A stretch of 64,000 nt of DNA from the NCBI GenBank assembly GCA_001775995.1, contig MEZH01000007.1, positions 43,451-107,450 of the forward strand. The letters are read 5' to 3'. Under the pieces are notes generated by a model. That model did no database searches and was not told the origin of the DNA. It saw nothing but the letters and a program-made list of their open reading frames with translations. A program made the translations under genes and the position numbers. Below are positions 54,634 to 63,526 of this stretch, piece after piece; positions within the stretch are counted from its first letter, which is position 1, and each line of letters opens with the position of its first letter. The DNA comes from Candidatus Bathyarchaeota archaeon RBG_16_48_13 (GTDB taxonomy: Archaea > Thermoproteota > Bathyarchaeia > RBG-16-48-13).

Positions 54634-56539
54634 TTGTCTCCAGATTCTGTGGTGCAATGGCATTTATCTTCAGCACCTTCTTGAAGGTGTTGGCCACGCC
54701 CAAGCATTTCTTGCTCTCTCCATGATTGACTATTATTAGGTCCGGATGGGGCATTATCTTTCTAGCATAACCGAAGATTTGATTACGATCACTGTGACCG
54801 CTGAAGCCCTCAACTGCATCCACCCCGCATTCCACTTTAAAAGCCTCCGTTCTACCCTCATTGTTGAGCATATTGAAATCTCGATTTCCTCTGAGAAGGC
54901 GCCGACCTGTTGTGCCTTCAATCTGATAGGAGACGAAGATGACAGTGTTCAATGGGCTTGGGGCCAACATCTTGAACCATTCTATCGAAGGGCCGCCCTC
55001 GAGCATACCAGAAGTGGCTAGGGTTATGCTTGGACTTGACCCGTCGATCTGAGCTCTGGCATTTGAGCTCTCTATGACAGTGAAGTAGTCAGACTGGAAT
55101 GGATTTATGCCTTCCTTTATTATCCTGTCTCTCACCTCCCTAGAAAGGTATTCAGGATATGCTGTATGTATCGCAGTTGCTTCTGAGATCATGCCTTCAA
55201 TATAGACTGGAACTTCCCTCATGAGACCCTGCCTCATATAGCTATCAAGCACAAGCATGATCTCCTGCGCCCTGCCTACCGCCGGAACAGGGATAAGGAC
55301 TCGACCGCCGCCTTCAATTGTCTTATTCACTATGAAGGCGAGCTTCTCCTCAACCTCCTTTCTGGATGGCATTATGTCTTCCGGTGCGCCGTAGGTGCTT
55401 TCAGTAATCAGGGTTTCAATTCTTGGAAAAGTCATGACGGCCGGTTCGAGGAGCATTGTGTGACCGAATTTCAGGTCTCCCGTGTAGACGATATTGTGCA
55501 AGCCTTCACCTATATGAAGATGAACTATGGATGATCCCAGGATATGCCCTGCGTTATGAAGAGTCAACCTCATGTCGGGGGATATGTCGGTGACCGTGCC
55601 GTACTTGAGCGGGATCGTGTGGAGGACGGTCTCCCTCACGTCCTTCTGATCGTAGGGAGTCTGACGGCCACTCTTAGTGAGCACATCGAGGCTGTCAAGT
55701 TGAAGGAGGGTCATTAGGCTCGATGTAGGCTCTGAGCAATATACTGGACCATCAAACCCGTACTTGTAGAGAAAAGGCAGGAGTCCACAATGGTCCAGGT
55801 GGGCATGAGATATTATTACAGCGTCTAGAGTGTCAAGATCGAACTCGTCGATGTTAAACTTGGGGAAAGCATCAGAGGAGTCCATATAGGCAGGGTTCAT
55901 ACCACAATCGAGGAGGACTGAGCTTTCTTTGGTTCGGACCAGCATGGATGATCTACCGACCTCCCTGAAACCGCCTAAGGTAGTAAGCAGGACCTCATTG
56001 CTCCTAAGGAAAGTTGGCCTGAAGATCCTCTCGCCAACGTCTCTCATGATCCTTTCGCGTTCTTTGGCTTCAGAATGCAAGTAGTGGCGGATGTGAGCTA
56101 TTATCATGGATGGAAGAGGTGGTGACCGAAGGACCCTTGGTCTCCATCTAGTGGCACTTACTATCTTCTGGAGGGTAATACCATCTTTGCCGATGACAAG
56201 ACCTGGTTTCTTCGCCTCTATGACAACTTCGCCCACGGTTGGATCGAATGTCACATTTGTAACCTCAGCCTCAGGCGGAACCAGTTGCTTGACAGCGTTC
56301 TCGGTTTCTCTCTCCTCGAGACGAACAGAAGGGTCGGACCTTATTACAACTCTCTTCCTTATTCGATTAACCATATCGGTAACGATGTAGCTCTGTTCGA
56401 AGAGAATTTCAGGTCTCTTGGCATAAATAGCCAGTTTTGGACCCTCAAACTCGATCCTGGTGATCTCAGCTTCCTTGGGAACATATCCGAGGATGGCTTC
56501 ACGTATTCTAGTTTGTATCTCGTTAAATGAAGTCCCCAC
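54620..56539 (-). CDS. beta-CASP ribonuclease aCPSF1 (KH-KH-MBL-beta-CASP; transcription termination factor FttA)
   Basis: 639 aa. The N-terminal KH region (ITRIEFEGPKLAIYAK.., VVIEAKKPGLVIGKDG) is followed by the MBL motif ISHAHLDHCG and beta-CASP motifs. Confidence 0.9.
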   Translation of the reverse strand: MGTSFNEIQTRIREAILGYVPKEAEITRIEFEGPKLAIYAKRPEILFEQSYIVTDMVNRIRKRVVIRSDPSVRLEERETENAVKQLVPPEAEVTNVTFDPTVGEVVIEAKKPGLVIGKDGITLQKIVSATRWRPRVLRSPPLPSMIIAHIRHYLHSEAKERERIMRDVGERIFRPTFLRSNEVLLTTLGGFREVGRSSMLVRTKESSVLLDCGMNPAYMDSSDAFPKFNIDEFDLDTLDAVIISHAHLDHCGLLPFLYKYGFDGPVYCSEPTSSLMTLLQLDSLDVLTKSGRQTPYDQKDVRETVLHTIPLKYGTVTDISPDMRLTLHNAGHILGSSIVHLHIGEGLHNIVYTGDLKFGHTMLLEPAVMTFPRIETLITESTYGAPEDIMPSRKEVEEKLAFIVNKTIEGGGRVLIPVPAVGRAQEIMLVLDSYMRQGLMREVPVYIEGMISEATAIHTAYPEYLSREVRDRIIKEGINPFQSDYFTVIESSNARAQIDGSSPSITLATSGMLEGGPSIEWFKMLAPSPLNTVIFVSYQIEGTTGRRLLRGNRDFNMLNNEGRTEAFKVECGVDAVEGFSGHSDRNQIFGYARKIMPHPDLIIVNHGESKKCLGVANTFKKVLKINAIAPQNLETIRLK

Positions 56540-56581
56540 TAGACTAGCTCCTTTTTTTACAAAAGCAATTGTGAAGACGAC

Positions 56582-57217
56582 TTACTGAGCGAGTCTCTTC
56601 TTCTCTTCATCCGACAACTCGTGATAGCCTTCTTCTGTAATTATCGCCACATCGAAACTATCCCCGCTGGCACTGTCCCTCTTCATAGAGGAGTGGATTG
56701 CTCTTACAATCAGATTCACACCATCATCTATAGACAGGTTTTCCCGGTATTCGCTCTCGAGAAGTCCGTAGGCTATAGGCGAACCAGAACCAGTTGAAAC
56801 ACATTTCTCTTCAGTCACGGAACCGAATGGATCTAGCGCATAAATGTGCGATCCACTTTCGTCGACACCAGCTACGAGTGCTTGAAGGGAGAGGGGAATG
56901 TACCGAGACGAGAACAGGAGATTAGCAACCAATCTAGCTGCTGACTTGACTGGCATGGCCCTGCCTTTCTCGAGATAGTAGAGCTGGGCGTTAGCCTTAA
57001 GAGTCTCCACGACAGCCTGAGCGTCTGCCACGGTCCCGGCAATAGTCATAGCCAATTTGTCATAGATTTTGTATACCTTCTTGGCTTTCTTGTGGGCCAC
57101 AAAATATCCCATGGTAGCTCTCGTATCTGTAGCAAGGACCACCCCATTACTGCAAACTATTCCTATGGTAGTGGTTCCCTTAAGTATCATGTCTGCTGGT
57201 TTGGTTTCATGAATCAT
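56582..57217 (-). CDS. psmB: proteasome beta subunit (copy 2)
   Basis: Propeptide MIHETKPADMILKG followed by TTTIGIVCSNGVVLATDTR. The ATG at 57217 lies behind GGAGGA. The ORF track starts at 57256. Confidence 0.85.
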   Translation of the reverse strand: MIHETKPADMILKGTTTIGIVCSNGVVLATDTRATMGYFVAHKKAKKVYKIYDKLAMTIAGTVADAQAVVETLKANAQLYYLEKGRAMPVKSAARLVANLLFSSRYIPLSLQALVAGVDESGSHIYALDPFGSVTEEKCVSTGSGSPIAYGLLESEYRENLSIDDGVNLIVRAIHSSMKRDSASGDSFDVAIITEEGYHELSDEEKKRLAQ

Positions 57218-57417
57218 GTAATAGCATCCTCCGAGAAGAAAAACCCATGAAAGCAATTCTTTGCTCGAAGTGGAATACTAGATATAACAACTACGATGTG
57301 AGACAGCAGATGCTTAAAAATATTTCGAGTGGAGAGCACAATAGGGATACAACATTTATAGAACGGGCACTAGGAAAGAGGGTTAGTGACGTCCAAGTGG
57401 CTCAAAAAGTCCATCGA

Positions 57418-58455
57418 ATGGAACTTCCCCGAGAAGTTCTGATCGGAAGCAACATACTTCCTTTGGTTGGCCCGGCCCTAAAGAAACTGGGGTTCGCATC
57501 AACAGCTGTGACATTCACAGGTTCCATAACAAGGAAGGTCGCAGCCGAACCCGTAGCTGATTCTATGAGGGAAAACGGCATAGGCACGACTTTTGAGCTG
57601 GTAGGTGGGTCCTCAACAGAGGATTTGACCCTAGCTCAAGATGCGATAAGAGAGATCAGGCCTGAAGTTGCTCTGGCGGTGGGTGGCGGACGAGTTATTG
57701 ACATAACGAAATTGGCATCCTTCAATGAGAACATTCCATTTATCAGTATACCCACGACCGCTTCTCACGACGGAATAGCCAGTCCTTGGGCCTCTATCAA
57801 GGGCTTGGAAAAGCCTTTTTCCATAAGAGCTCAGGCGCCTCTCGCTATAATTGCAGATATCGCTAAGATCAATGAGGCACCCTACAGATTTACGGAAAGC
57901 GGATGCGGAGACATCATATCAAAATACACTGCAGTGAGAGACTGGAGATTAGTCCACAAGCTTAGGGACGAGTACTACGGAGACTACGCCGCCAATCTTG
58001 CTCTTATGAGCGCCAAACTGATCATGAAAAACACCGACATCATTAGGAGAAATAATGAGGAGGGCGTTCAAATCGTCCTCGAAGCCCTCATTAGCTGCGG
58101 AGTAGCTATGAGCATAGCCGGAAGTAGCAGACCGTGCAGTGGCTCAGAACATCTCTTCAGTCACGCCCTCGATATTGCAGCGTCCAGACCGGCTCTTCAC
58201 GGAGAACAGTGTGGGGTCGGAACGATCATGATGGCTTACCTCTACGGTGCGGATTGGAAGATGATAAGGGACTCGTTGAAAGCTTTGGGTGCTCCGACTA
58301 ATGCTAAGGAGTTGCAGACAGAACCTGAATTTATAATACAGGCTTTGACTCAAGCTCATCTGATTAGGCGCGAGAGATTTACCATCCTGGGGGAAAATGG
58401 CCTCTCGAGGGATGCAGCTGAGAAATTGGCTAGGGCGACAGGAGTCATAGAATAA
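57418..58455 (+). CDS. egsA: sn-glycerol-1-phosphate dehydrogenase
   Basis: MELPREVLIGSN.., AVGGGRVIDITK, SIPTTASHDGIASP, GSEHLFSHAL, LHGEQCGVGT. About 345 aa from the ATG at 57418. The ORF track extends to 57247. Confidence 0.85.
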   Translation: MELPREVLIGSNILPLVGPALKKLGFASTAVTFTGSITRKVAAEPVADSMRENGIGTTFELVGGSSTEDLTLAQDAIREIRPEVALAVGGGRVIDITKLASFNENIPFISIPTTASHDGIASPWASIKGLEKPFSIRAQAPLAIIADIAKINEAPYRFTESGCGDIISKYTAVRDWRLVHKLRDEYYGDYAANLALMSAKLIMKNTDIIRRNNEEGVQIVLEALISCGVAMSIAGSSRPCSGSEHLFSHALDIAASRPALHGEQCGVGTIMMAYLYGADWKMIRDSLKALGAPTNAKELQTEPEFIIQALTQAHLIRRERFTILGENGLSRDAAEKLARATGVIE

Positions 58456-58917
58456 ATGGCTGAGCAGAAGCGAATTATCACCATAGTTGGGGAGAGACAA
58501 GCAAGACCGAAATTCGCCTTCTTGTACAATGGCCCCAGCCGAGCATGTAAAGACTGCAATTATTTTAAAGTCTGTCAGGAGAAACTGGATCAAGGCAGCG
58601 TATATGAGATTGTTAAAGTCAGGGATAAGGAAATTCCCTGCAATATCCACGACGACAAAGCCAGGGTGGTAGAGGTCGTGGAGGCCGATCTTTCTGTGGC
58701 TGTTAACCGAAGGGAAACCTTTGAGGGGGCAACAGTAACAATAAAGTCCTCGGATTGCGACAACAAGAGTTGCCCCAGTTTCGGTATATGCATGCCCCTG
58801 GGTCTCCAAAAGAAGGGAAAATACAGGATCGTTGGTGTCTTAGGACCTATTTCTTGCCCTCTTCGGCGGCCTTTGGTTGAGGTTCGGGCTCGGCGGGTTC
58901 CAAAGCCTTCTTCTTAA
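58456..58917 (+). CDS. UPF0179-family protein
   Basis: ITIVGERQARPKFAFLYNGPSRACKDCNYFKVC..L..G.VYEIVKVRD.E.PC.IH. The Cys pattern is typical of archaeal UPF0179. The 3' end overlaps the FKBP gene by 71 nt, convergently. Confidence 0.6.
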   Translation: MAEQKRIITIVGERQARPKFAFLYNGPSRACKDCNYFKVCQEKLDQGSVYEIVKVRDKEIPCNIHDDKARVVEVVEADLSVAVNRRETFEGATVTIKSSDCDNKSCPSFGICMPLGLQKKGKYRIVGVLGPISCPLRRPLVEVRARRVPKPSS

Positions 58918-59608
58918 AGGACTCAATAAAGGACAATTCTTCTACCTCAGGGAAGAATCTTTGGATATCCATGTTTATACCACGTTTGGCTAATTGAAGC
59001 CCTTCGAGAAAGAAAACCTCTTCAGGTAAGTGCACCTTTACGTTCTTGCCCTCGACATTCAGGTCCAGCTTCTCAGTAGCAATAGCGGGTATGCGTCTCT
59101 CTATGAGCGCTTTGATCTTATCGGTTTTCTTCTTCAAAACCTTCTTCACAGTGACCTGGTAGAGCAAATTCTTTCCAGCAAGGGAAGGGTTAAAGTCGAC
59201 CTGAACTCTGCCTGCGCCGACGCTTCTGATGACGGCCGGTTTCCCGTCCATCTCCAGCTTCATCCCAGGGAACGGCGCAACCCGCTCGTCCTTGAATTTT
59301 CTGAACGGTACCATCTTGACTTTGCTTGGATCTCTGTTTCCAAATCCTTTATCTGGAGGTATCTCGATCGTAGCTGTCTCCCCTTCTTTCAAGCCTTTCA
59401 GGCCTTCGTCAAGGCCTTTAAGGACCCAACCTTCACCAACAACTACAAGGTCGGGGTTATATACGGAACCTTCCTTATGTAGGCCTTCCTTCTTCGCCAC
59501 CTCTTCCAAAGTGGTGGAGAACGTTTCGCCAGTTTCTTTCACCTTACCCATGTAATCGATGAATATGAAATCGCCCTTCTTCGTCATTTCTTCCTTCTTT
59601 TCGGACAC
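58847..59608 (-). CDS. long-type archaeal FKBP peptidyl-prolyl isomerase
   Basis: KGDFIFIDYMGKVKETGETF, VVVGEGWVLKGLDEGL..LKEGE, PPDKGFGNRDP, followed by IF/C-terminal domains. Confidence 0.85.
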   Translation of the reverse strand: MSEKKEEMTKKGDFIFIDYMGKVKETGETFSTTLEEVAKKEGLHKEGSVYNPDLVVVGEGWVLKGLDEGLKGLKEGETATIEIPPDKGFGNRDPSKVKMVPFRKFKDERVAPFPGMKLEMDGKPAVIRSVGAGRVQVDFNPSLAGKNLLYQVTVKKVLKKKTDKIKALIERRIPAIATEKLDLNVEGKNVKVHLPEEVFFLEGLQLAKRGINMDIQRFFPEVEELSFIESFKKKALEPAEPEPQPKAAEEGKK

Positions 59609-59838
59609 TAAAATATCCTCCGACTAACTTCTTAGCATGGTTATTTGGAGTTGCCTTTAACCTTTATCTTTCTTGCGACCTGATATGCATTCAAGAATCA
59701 TCAGACTATATGGGTATTATTCGTCAGCTCAGGGTAAATTTCCTTGGAATTTTCGATGTTGAGAGCCTCTTTAAGTTTAAATAAAGTGTCTGGCAACTTG
59801 GTTTTATGATCGGCACAAATGCGGTTGATCACTGGAAA

Positions 59839-59934
59839 GCGGTCGTAGTCTAGTTTGGTCTAGGACGTCAGCCTGCCAACCGGATCTAGGGCGGAGCGCT
59901 GGTGACCCGGGTTCAAATCCCGGCGACCGCACCA
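59839..59934 (+). tRNA. tRNA-Gly(GCC) with an intron of about 18 nt at or next to position 37/38, CCA encoded
   Basis: GCGGTCG/CGACCGC acceptor, GTCT/GGAC D-stem, TCAGC/GCTGG anticodon stem, loop CTGCCA + intron ACCGGATCTAGGGCGGAG, CCGGG-TTCAAAT-CCCGG T-arm. Confidence 0.8.
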
Positions 59935-59959
59935 CCAATCTCTAGGGAGCATAGCATCG

Positions 59960-60379
59960 TTGAAAGTCGTCACCCGAGATTTGGAACTTCACACAAAGGG
60001 CGAGTCAGACATTTTGAATATCACTGAAGAAATTGCAAATGAAATTGAATCATCAAAAATCGGGAACGGCGTCGTCACCATATTTGTTAAGGGTTCCACC
60101 GCTGCCCTGACGACAATCGAATATGAACCTGGCCTCAAGCAGGATTTCCCAGCGTTTTTGGAGAGGATAGCTCCACGGAATATCGAATACCAACATGAGC
60201 GGACTTGGCATGATGGTAATGGCCACTCTCACGTGAGGGCTTCCCTTATTGGACCGAGCCTCACTGTCCCTATTGTGGACGGTAGACTCACCTTGGGGGT
60301 GTGGCAGCAGATAGTTGTCTTGGAGTTTGACACCCGAAGCCGCGTGAGAACCTTGGTGACTATGATAATGGGTGAATGA
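59960..60379 (+). CDS. YjbQ/UPF0047 family (secondary thiamine-phosphate synthase-like)
   Basis: ILNITEEI, GVVTIFVKGSTAALTTIEYEPG, DGNGHSHVRASLIGPSLTVPI..G.L.LG.WQ.I. Confidence 0.8.
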   Translation: MKVVTRDLELHTKGESDILNITEEIANEIESSKIGNGVVTIFVKGSTAALTTIEYEPGLKQDFPAFLERIAPRNIEYQHERTWHDGNGHSHVRASLIGPSLTVPIVDGRLTLGVWQQIVVLEFDTRSRVRTLVTMIMGE

Positions 60380-60435
60380 GAGCAACCCTTAAGTTACTTT
60401 CCCATTCCTAAATGAGAAATATTGCTCTGCTTAGA

Positions 60436-60534
60436 GCGGCTGTGGTCTAGTCTGGTCTAGGACTTCAAGTCCCTCAAGGGGCGAGCAAGCCTTCCAAGCT
60501 GACTACCCGGGCTCAAATCCCGGCAGCCGCACCA
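60436..60534 (+). tRNA. tRNA-Gly(UCC) with an intron of about 21 nt inside the 5' strand of the anticodon stem (non-canonical), CCA encoded
   Basis: GCGGCTG/CAGCCGC acceptor and GTCT/GGAC D-stem. The 3' anticodon-stem strand GCTGA needs TCAGC, which exists only as TCA[AGTCCCTCAAGGGGCGAGCAA]GC. Loop CTTCCAA, CCGGG-CTCAAAT-CCCGG T-arm. The exact junction is ambiguous by 1-2 nt. Confidence 0.7.
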
Positions 60535-60539
60535 GACAC

Positions 60540-61529
60540 GTGGTCTCAGATTCAAAAAGGACGGGCGCAACACAAGTGGAAACCTACAGCCCCGACGATC
60601 TCAGGGAAAAGTACAAGGAAACAAAGTGGATCTCGCCGTACCAGAAGATAGTGGCTGTCCATGATGAGAAATTAAGCCAAATAGAAGTCCACGAGTATCA
60701 CGCCAGGGGGAAATGCGTTGGTGGGGCTGCTTGGGAAACATATCATTATCCCAGGGTCAGTCCTCTCGTCCTGGAGGCTCGAAGAGAAGGCCCAAAGAAC
60801 ATCTTTCGAGTCAAGACAGGGTCAACCAACTTGCATCTGGTTCCTGGAATAGCAGGTGCTGGCATCGAACAGGCTTGCGTCGACGGAGAAGAGATAAAAC
60901 TTACCTACGCCGGTCTGGCTGGAGGGGGCATAGCTGCAACAATATGCAGGGGTCTAGCTTCAGGCGTAAAGAGGATAGAGATCAAGGAAAGAGGTGGAGG
61001 GAACCAACTTGGCAGAGCTACTCTCATCCTCCCGCTGAAGCACAGATTGGTCGTTGGGATAGACGATACAGACAGCCCTTCAGGAGGCGCCACTTGGTCC
61101 CTCTCGAACGAATTGGGCTACTTTCTCGAGAAACATAGGCAGGCGGACTACCTTAACCACACCATCGTCCAGCTCTACACAGGGAACCCCTGGAAGACCA
61201 CCAATGGCGTCAGCATAGCTTTGACCTTCGCCGTTTTGCCGCAGAAAAAAGAAAAGTTGATCCAAATCATAAAACGCCAACTGAGGCAGAATTCCCAATC
61301 ATCGGAAACGGCCATCGCCCTATTTGACGGGATAAAGCCGCCGGACTCCATCAAGGTATTCGCTCTTCACGCTAAGACGCGCCTCATTGAGATGGAGGAA
61401 GCCCAAACAACGGCCCGAGGAGAAAATGTGTCTCTTGTTCCAATCACTGGTCAGCGTGGGGTCATAGGAGCTTTGGCAGCTATTGGGTACGCCGATGAGC
61501 CTGATGAAGCCGTAAAGATCATAAAATGA
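60540..61529 (+). CDS. fusion protein: unknown Gly/Ala-rich N-domain + TiaS-N-terminal (ATP-using kinase-like, DUF1743-type) domain
   Basis: Residues from about 168: LVVGIDDTDSPSGGATW...NPWKTTNGVSIALTF...ITGQRGVIGALAAIGY. These parallel the TiaS N-terminus as I recall it (VGIDDTDSSRGMCTTY, NPTIPYKTRGNGAVSF, GRGLIGALAAVG). The start codon is uncertain (GTG at 60540 lies 6 nt after the tRNA; alternative GTG at 60573). Confidence 0.55.
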   Translation: MVSDSKRTGATQVETYSPDDLREKYKETKWISPYQKIVAVHDEKLSQIEVHEYHARGKCVGGAAWETYHYPRVSPLVLEARREGPKNIFRVKTGSTNLHLVPGIAGAGIEQACVDGEEIKLTYAGLAGGGIAATICRGLASGVKRIEIKERGGGNQLGRATLILPLKHRLVVGIDDTDSPSGGATWSLSNELGYFLEKHRQADYLNHTIVQLYTGNPWKTTNGVSIALTFAVLPQKKEKLIQIIKRQLRQNSQSSETAIALFDGIKPPDSIKVFALHAKTRLIEMEEAQTTARGENVSLVPITGQRGVIGALAAIGYADEPDEAVKIIK

Positions 61530-61544
61530 TAACAGGCGATCACC

Positions 61545-62624
61545 ATGGACCCTACTCTCCTTAAAGTGAGTTTACTATGCTATGGCGCACGATCCCCGCC
61601 AGATTTTGACAAAGGAAGATGTGGGGGTGCGGGTCCGGCTGGTGGAGGATATCTCGTTTTGGATGGCACCGCGACGCCGTCCACGAACGTGGCGTTTCAG
61701 GGCCATCATGTGAGGAATTCCCCCTTTTCCATTGAGAAAGTTGGAGAAGAATGCTTGCTTTGCCAAGATAACGCCCCGTCGATTGCGGTTCGGTTAGTCG
61801 AAAGACCGGCTTTTCTCGACAACAGAACCTCTGAGGGTATTCCTGTTTGGAAAATCGCGTCTTTTCACGGGAGCGATGCAATAGGCGTTACGATAGACAA
61901 GAACTGCTATTACTGGAGAAACAAACAGCAGTGCAAATTCTGCGCCATAGAGCAGAAAATCAAGACCCACTCCGGAAAGAGCCTTGCTATCAAGACACCT
62001 CAGCAAGTGAGTGACGCGATTGAGGCAGCGGTCGAATCAGGGTTCTGCCACCACGTGACCCTTACCACAGGCATCGCTGAGACACCTGACAGAGGAGCTA
62101 CCCCCTATATACCAATACTTAGAGAAATTAGAAGGAACCTAAAAACTCCAGTTCATGTTCAGCTCGAGCCTCCTCAGGATCTTGAGATGCTGGGGAGACT
62201 ATACGAAGAAGGAGCGGACACCGTTGGGCTCCACATTGAGAGCCTTGACGAGAAGGTCAAGAGAAGAGTCTGCCCGGGAAAGCCGCCAGATAGAGTATAT
62301 TTTCGGGCTTGGAAATATGCTGAAAAGACTTTTGGCCAAAATCAGGTCAGCACGTTCATTCTGGTCGGACTTGGTGAGGACCCAAAGCTGACAGATAGAA
62401 GATTGGAGAATGTGACATCGGCCGGCGCGATTCCATTTGTAACGCCCTTTAGACCCCTTCTAGGGACAGAATTGGAAAATGAGGATCCACCAAATCCTTC
62501 GTATCTTCTGGGAATCACGGAAAAGGCCGTAGTCAAAATGAAAGACAGTGGTATGAAACCCAATGAGAACAGAGCGGGTTGTGTGAGGTGCGGAGCCTGC
62601 TCCGCCATAATGGAAGTTTTTTGA
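61545..62624 (+). CDS. radical-SAM-like enzyme with CX8CX2C cluster motif and extra N-domain
   Basis: C121YYWRNKQQC130KFC133AIE. Downstream barrel-like elements are HVTLTTG, EEGADTVGLHIESLDEKV and STFILVGLGED. The C-terminal Cys motif is GCVRCGAC. Confidence 0.6.
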   Translation: MDPTLLKVSLLCYGARSPPDFDKGRCGGAGPAGGGYLVLDGTATPSTNVAFQGHHVRNSPFSIEKVGEECLLCQDNAPSIAVRLVERPAFLDNRTSEGIPVWKIASFHGSDAIGVTIDKNCYYWRNKQQCKFCAIEQKIKTHSGKSLAIKTPQQVSDAIEAAVESGFCHHVTLTTGIAETPDRGATPYIPILREIRRNLKTPVHVQLEPPQDLEMLGRLYEEGADTVGLHIESLDEKVKRRVCPGKPPDRVYFRAWKYAEKTFGQNQVSTFILVGLGEDPKLTDRRLENVTSAGAIPFVTPFRPLLGTELENEDPPNPSYLLGITEKAVVKMKDSGMKPNENRAGCVRCGACSAIMEVF

Positions 62625-62648
62625 GAACTACCTTGAGGCTTAAGGGTA

Positions 62649-63482
62649 TTGGACATTCTCAAGAGAATTCAAGAACTCCAGCGAAATAGTCATCGAATAG
62701 GGTTTGGGGTCAGGGTTGAAGACAGGACTCACCCAGACAAGATCATAGAGGTCGCGGAAAAAGTGGAGTCCATGCATTTTGGGAGGGTCATCTATGTGGG
62801 ACAAATGTGTTCATCGCCAATGAGGGATGCAATCTATACCGAGGAACCTGAGAGAATGCTATTAGATCTCCTGTGTATGGGGGATATCGATGCCGCGGTT
62901 AGGGGGACTGCAAAGGCATCCGTTATTTTGAGATTAATAAAAGAAAAACTTGGGCAACGGTCTTTCTTTAGGATTGCTCTCCTAGAAACAAGTATGGGTC
63001 ATCAGTTCCTCTTAGCACCAGTGGGGATTGATGAAGGTAGCTCGATAAATGAGAGACTGACGATTATCACGTCTGGGGCTCAACTGCTGAAGCAGCTTGG
63101 GGTCGAACCTAGGATTGGTGTACTTTCAGGTGGCAGGATGGAGGACATAGGTAGAAGTCCCGATATTGACAAGACTATAGAAGAGAGCCAGGAGCTGACG
63201 AGCAAAGCGCGGGAACAACTGCCTTACATAATAGAGCATTATGGAATACTGGTCGAAGACGCCATACAGGCGAGAGCAAATCTTATCCTTGCACCTAACG
63301 GCATGATTGGTAACTTCGTCTACCGGACGCTCATCCATCTGGGTTCTGGCAAGTCCCATGGTGCTATCTACGTCGGCATTAACGAAATACTGGTAGACAC
63401 GTCACGATCTGCTCCCCCAGAGGAATATTTACATGCCATTCGCCTTGCAAATGCGCTGACCACGATAGCAAAAAGAATCTGA
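62649..63482 (+). CDS. PTA/PTB/PlsX-fold protein, MtxX-like (methanogen-marker-4-like)
   Basis: 277 aa. DAAVRGTAKAS, PRIGVLSGGR, ANLILAPNGMIGNFVYRTL parallel the PTA-family pattern (..A.LS.., ..DvlvvPdleaGNi.YK.l). The size fits MtxX. TTG start. Confidence 0.55.
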   Translation: MDILKRIQELQRNSHRIGFGVRVEDRTHPDKIIEVAEKVESMHFGRVIYVGQMCSSPMRDAIYTEEPERMLLDLLCMGDIDAAVRGTAKASVILRLIKEKLGQRSFFRIALLETSMGHQFLLAPVGIDEGSSINERLTIITSGAQLLKQLGVEPRIGVLSGGRMEDIGRSPDIDKTIEESQELTSKAREQLPYIIEHYGILVEDAIQARANLILAPNGMIGNFVYRTLIHLGSGKSHGAIYVGINEILVDTSRSAPPEEYLHAIRLANALTTIAKRI

Positions 63483-63526
63483 AAGAAAGCCATTTAAGGA
63501 ACCAGCTCCGAGACCTTACAACTTGA

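Noticed and set aside
58144-58809. 221-aa minus-strand ORF spanning the egsA/UPF0179 junction
   Set aside because: It is antisense to two recognisable plus-strand genes and has no family resemblance.
58847-58917. 71-nt convergent overlap of the UPF0179 and FKBP genes as a regulatory feature
   Set aside because: Both overlapping tails are low-complexity extensions (RRPLVEVRARRVPKPSS and an E/P/K-rich tail). UPF0179 most likely ends functionally earlier, and nothing else supports regulation.
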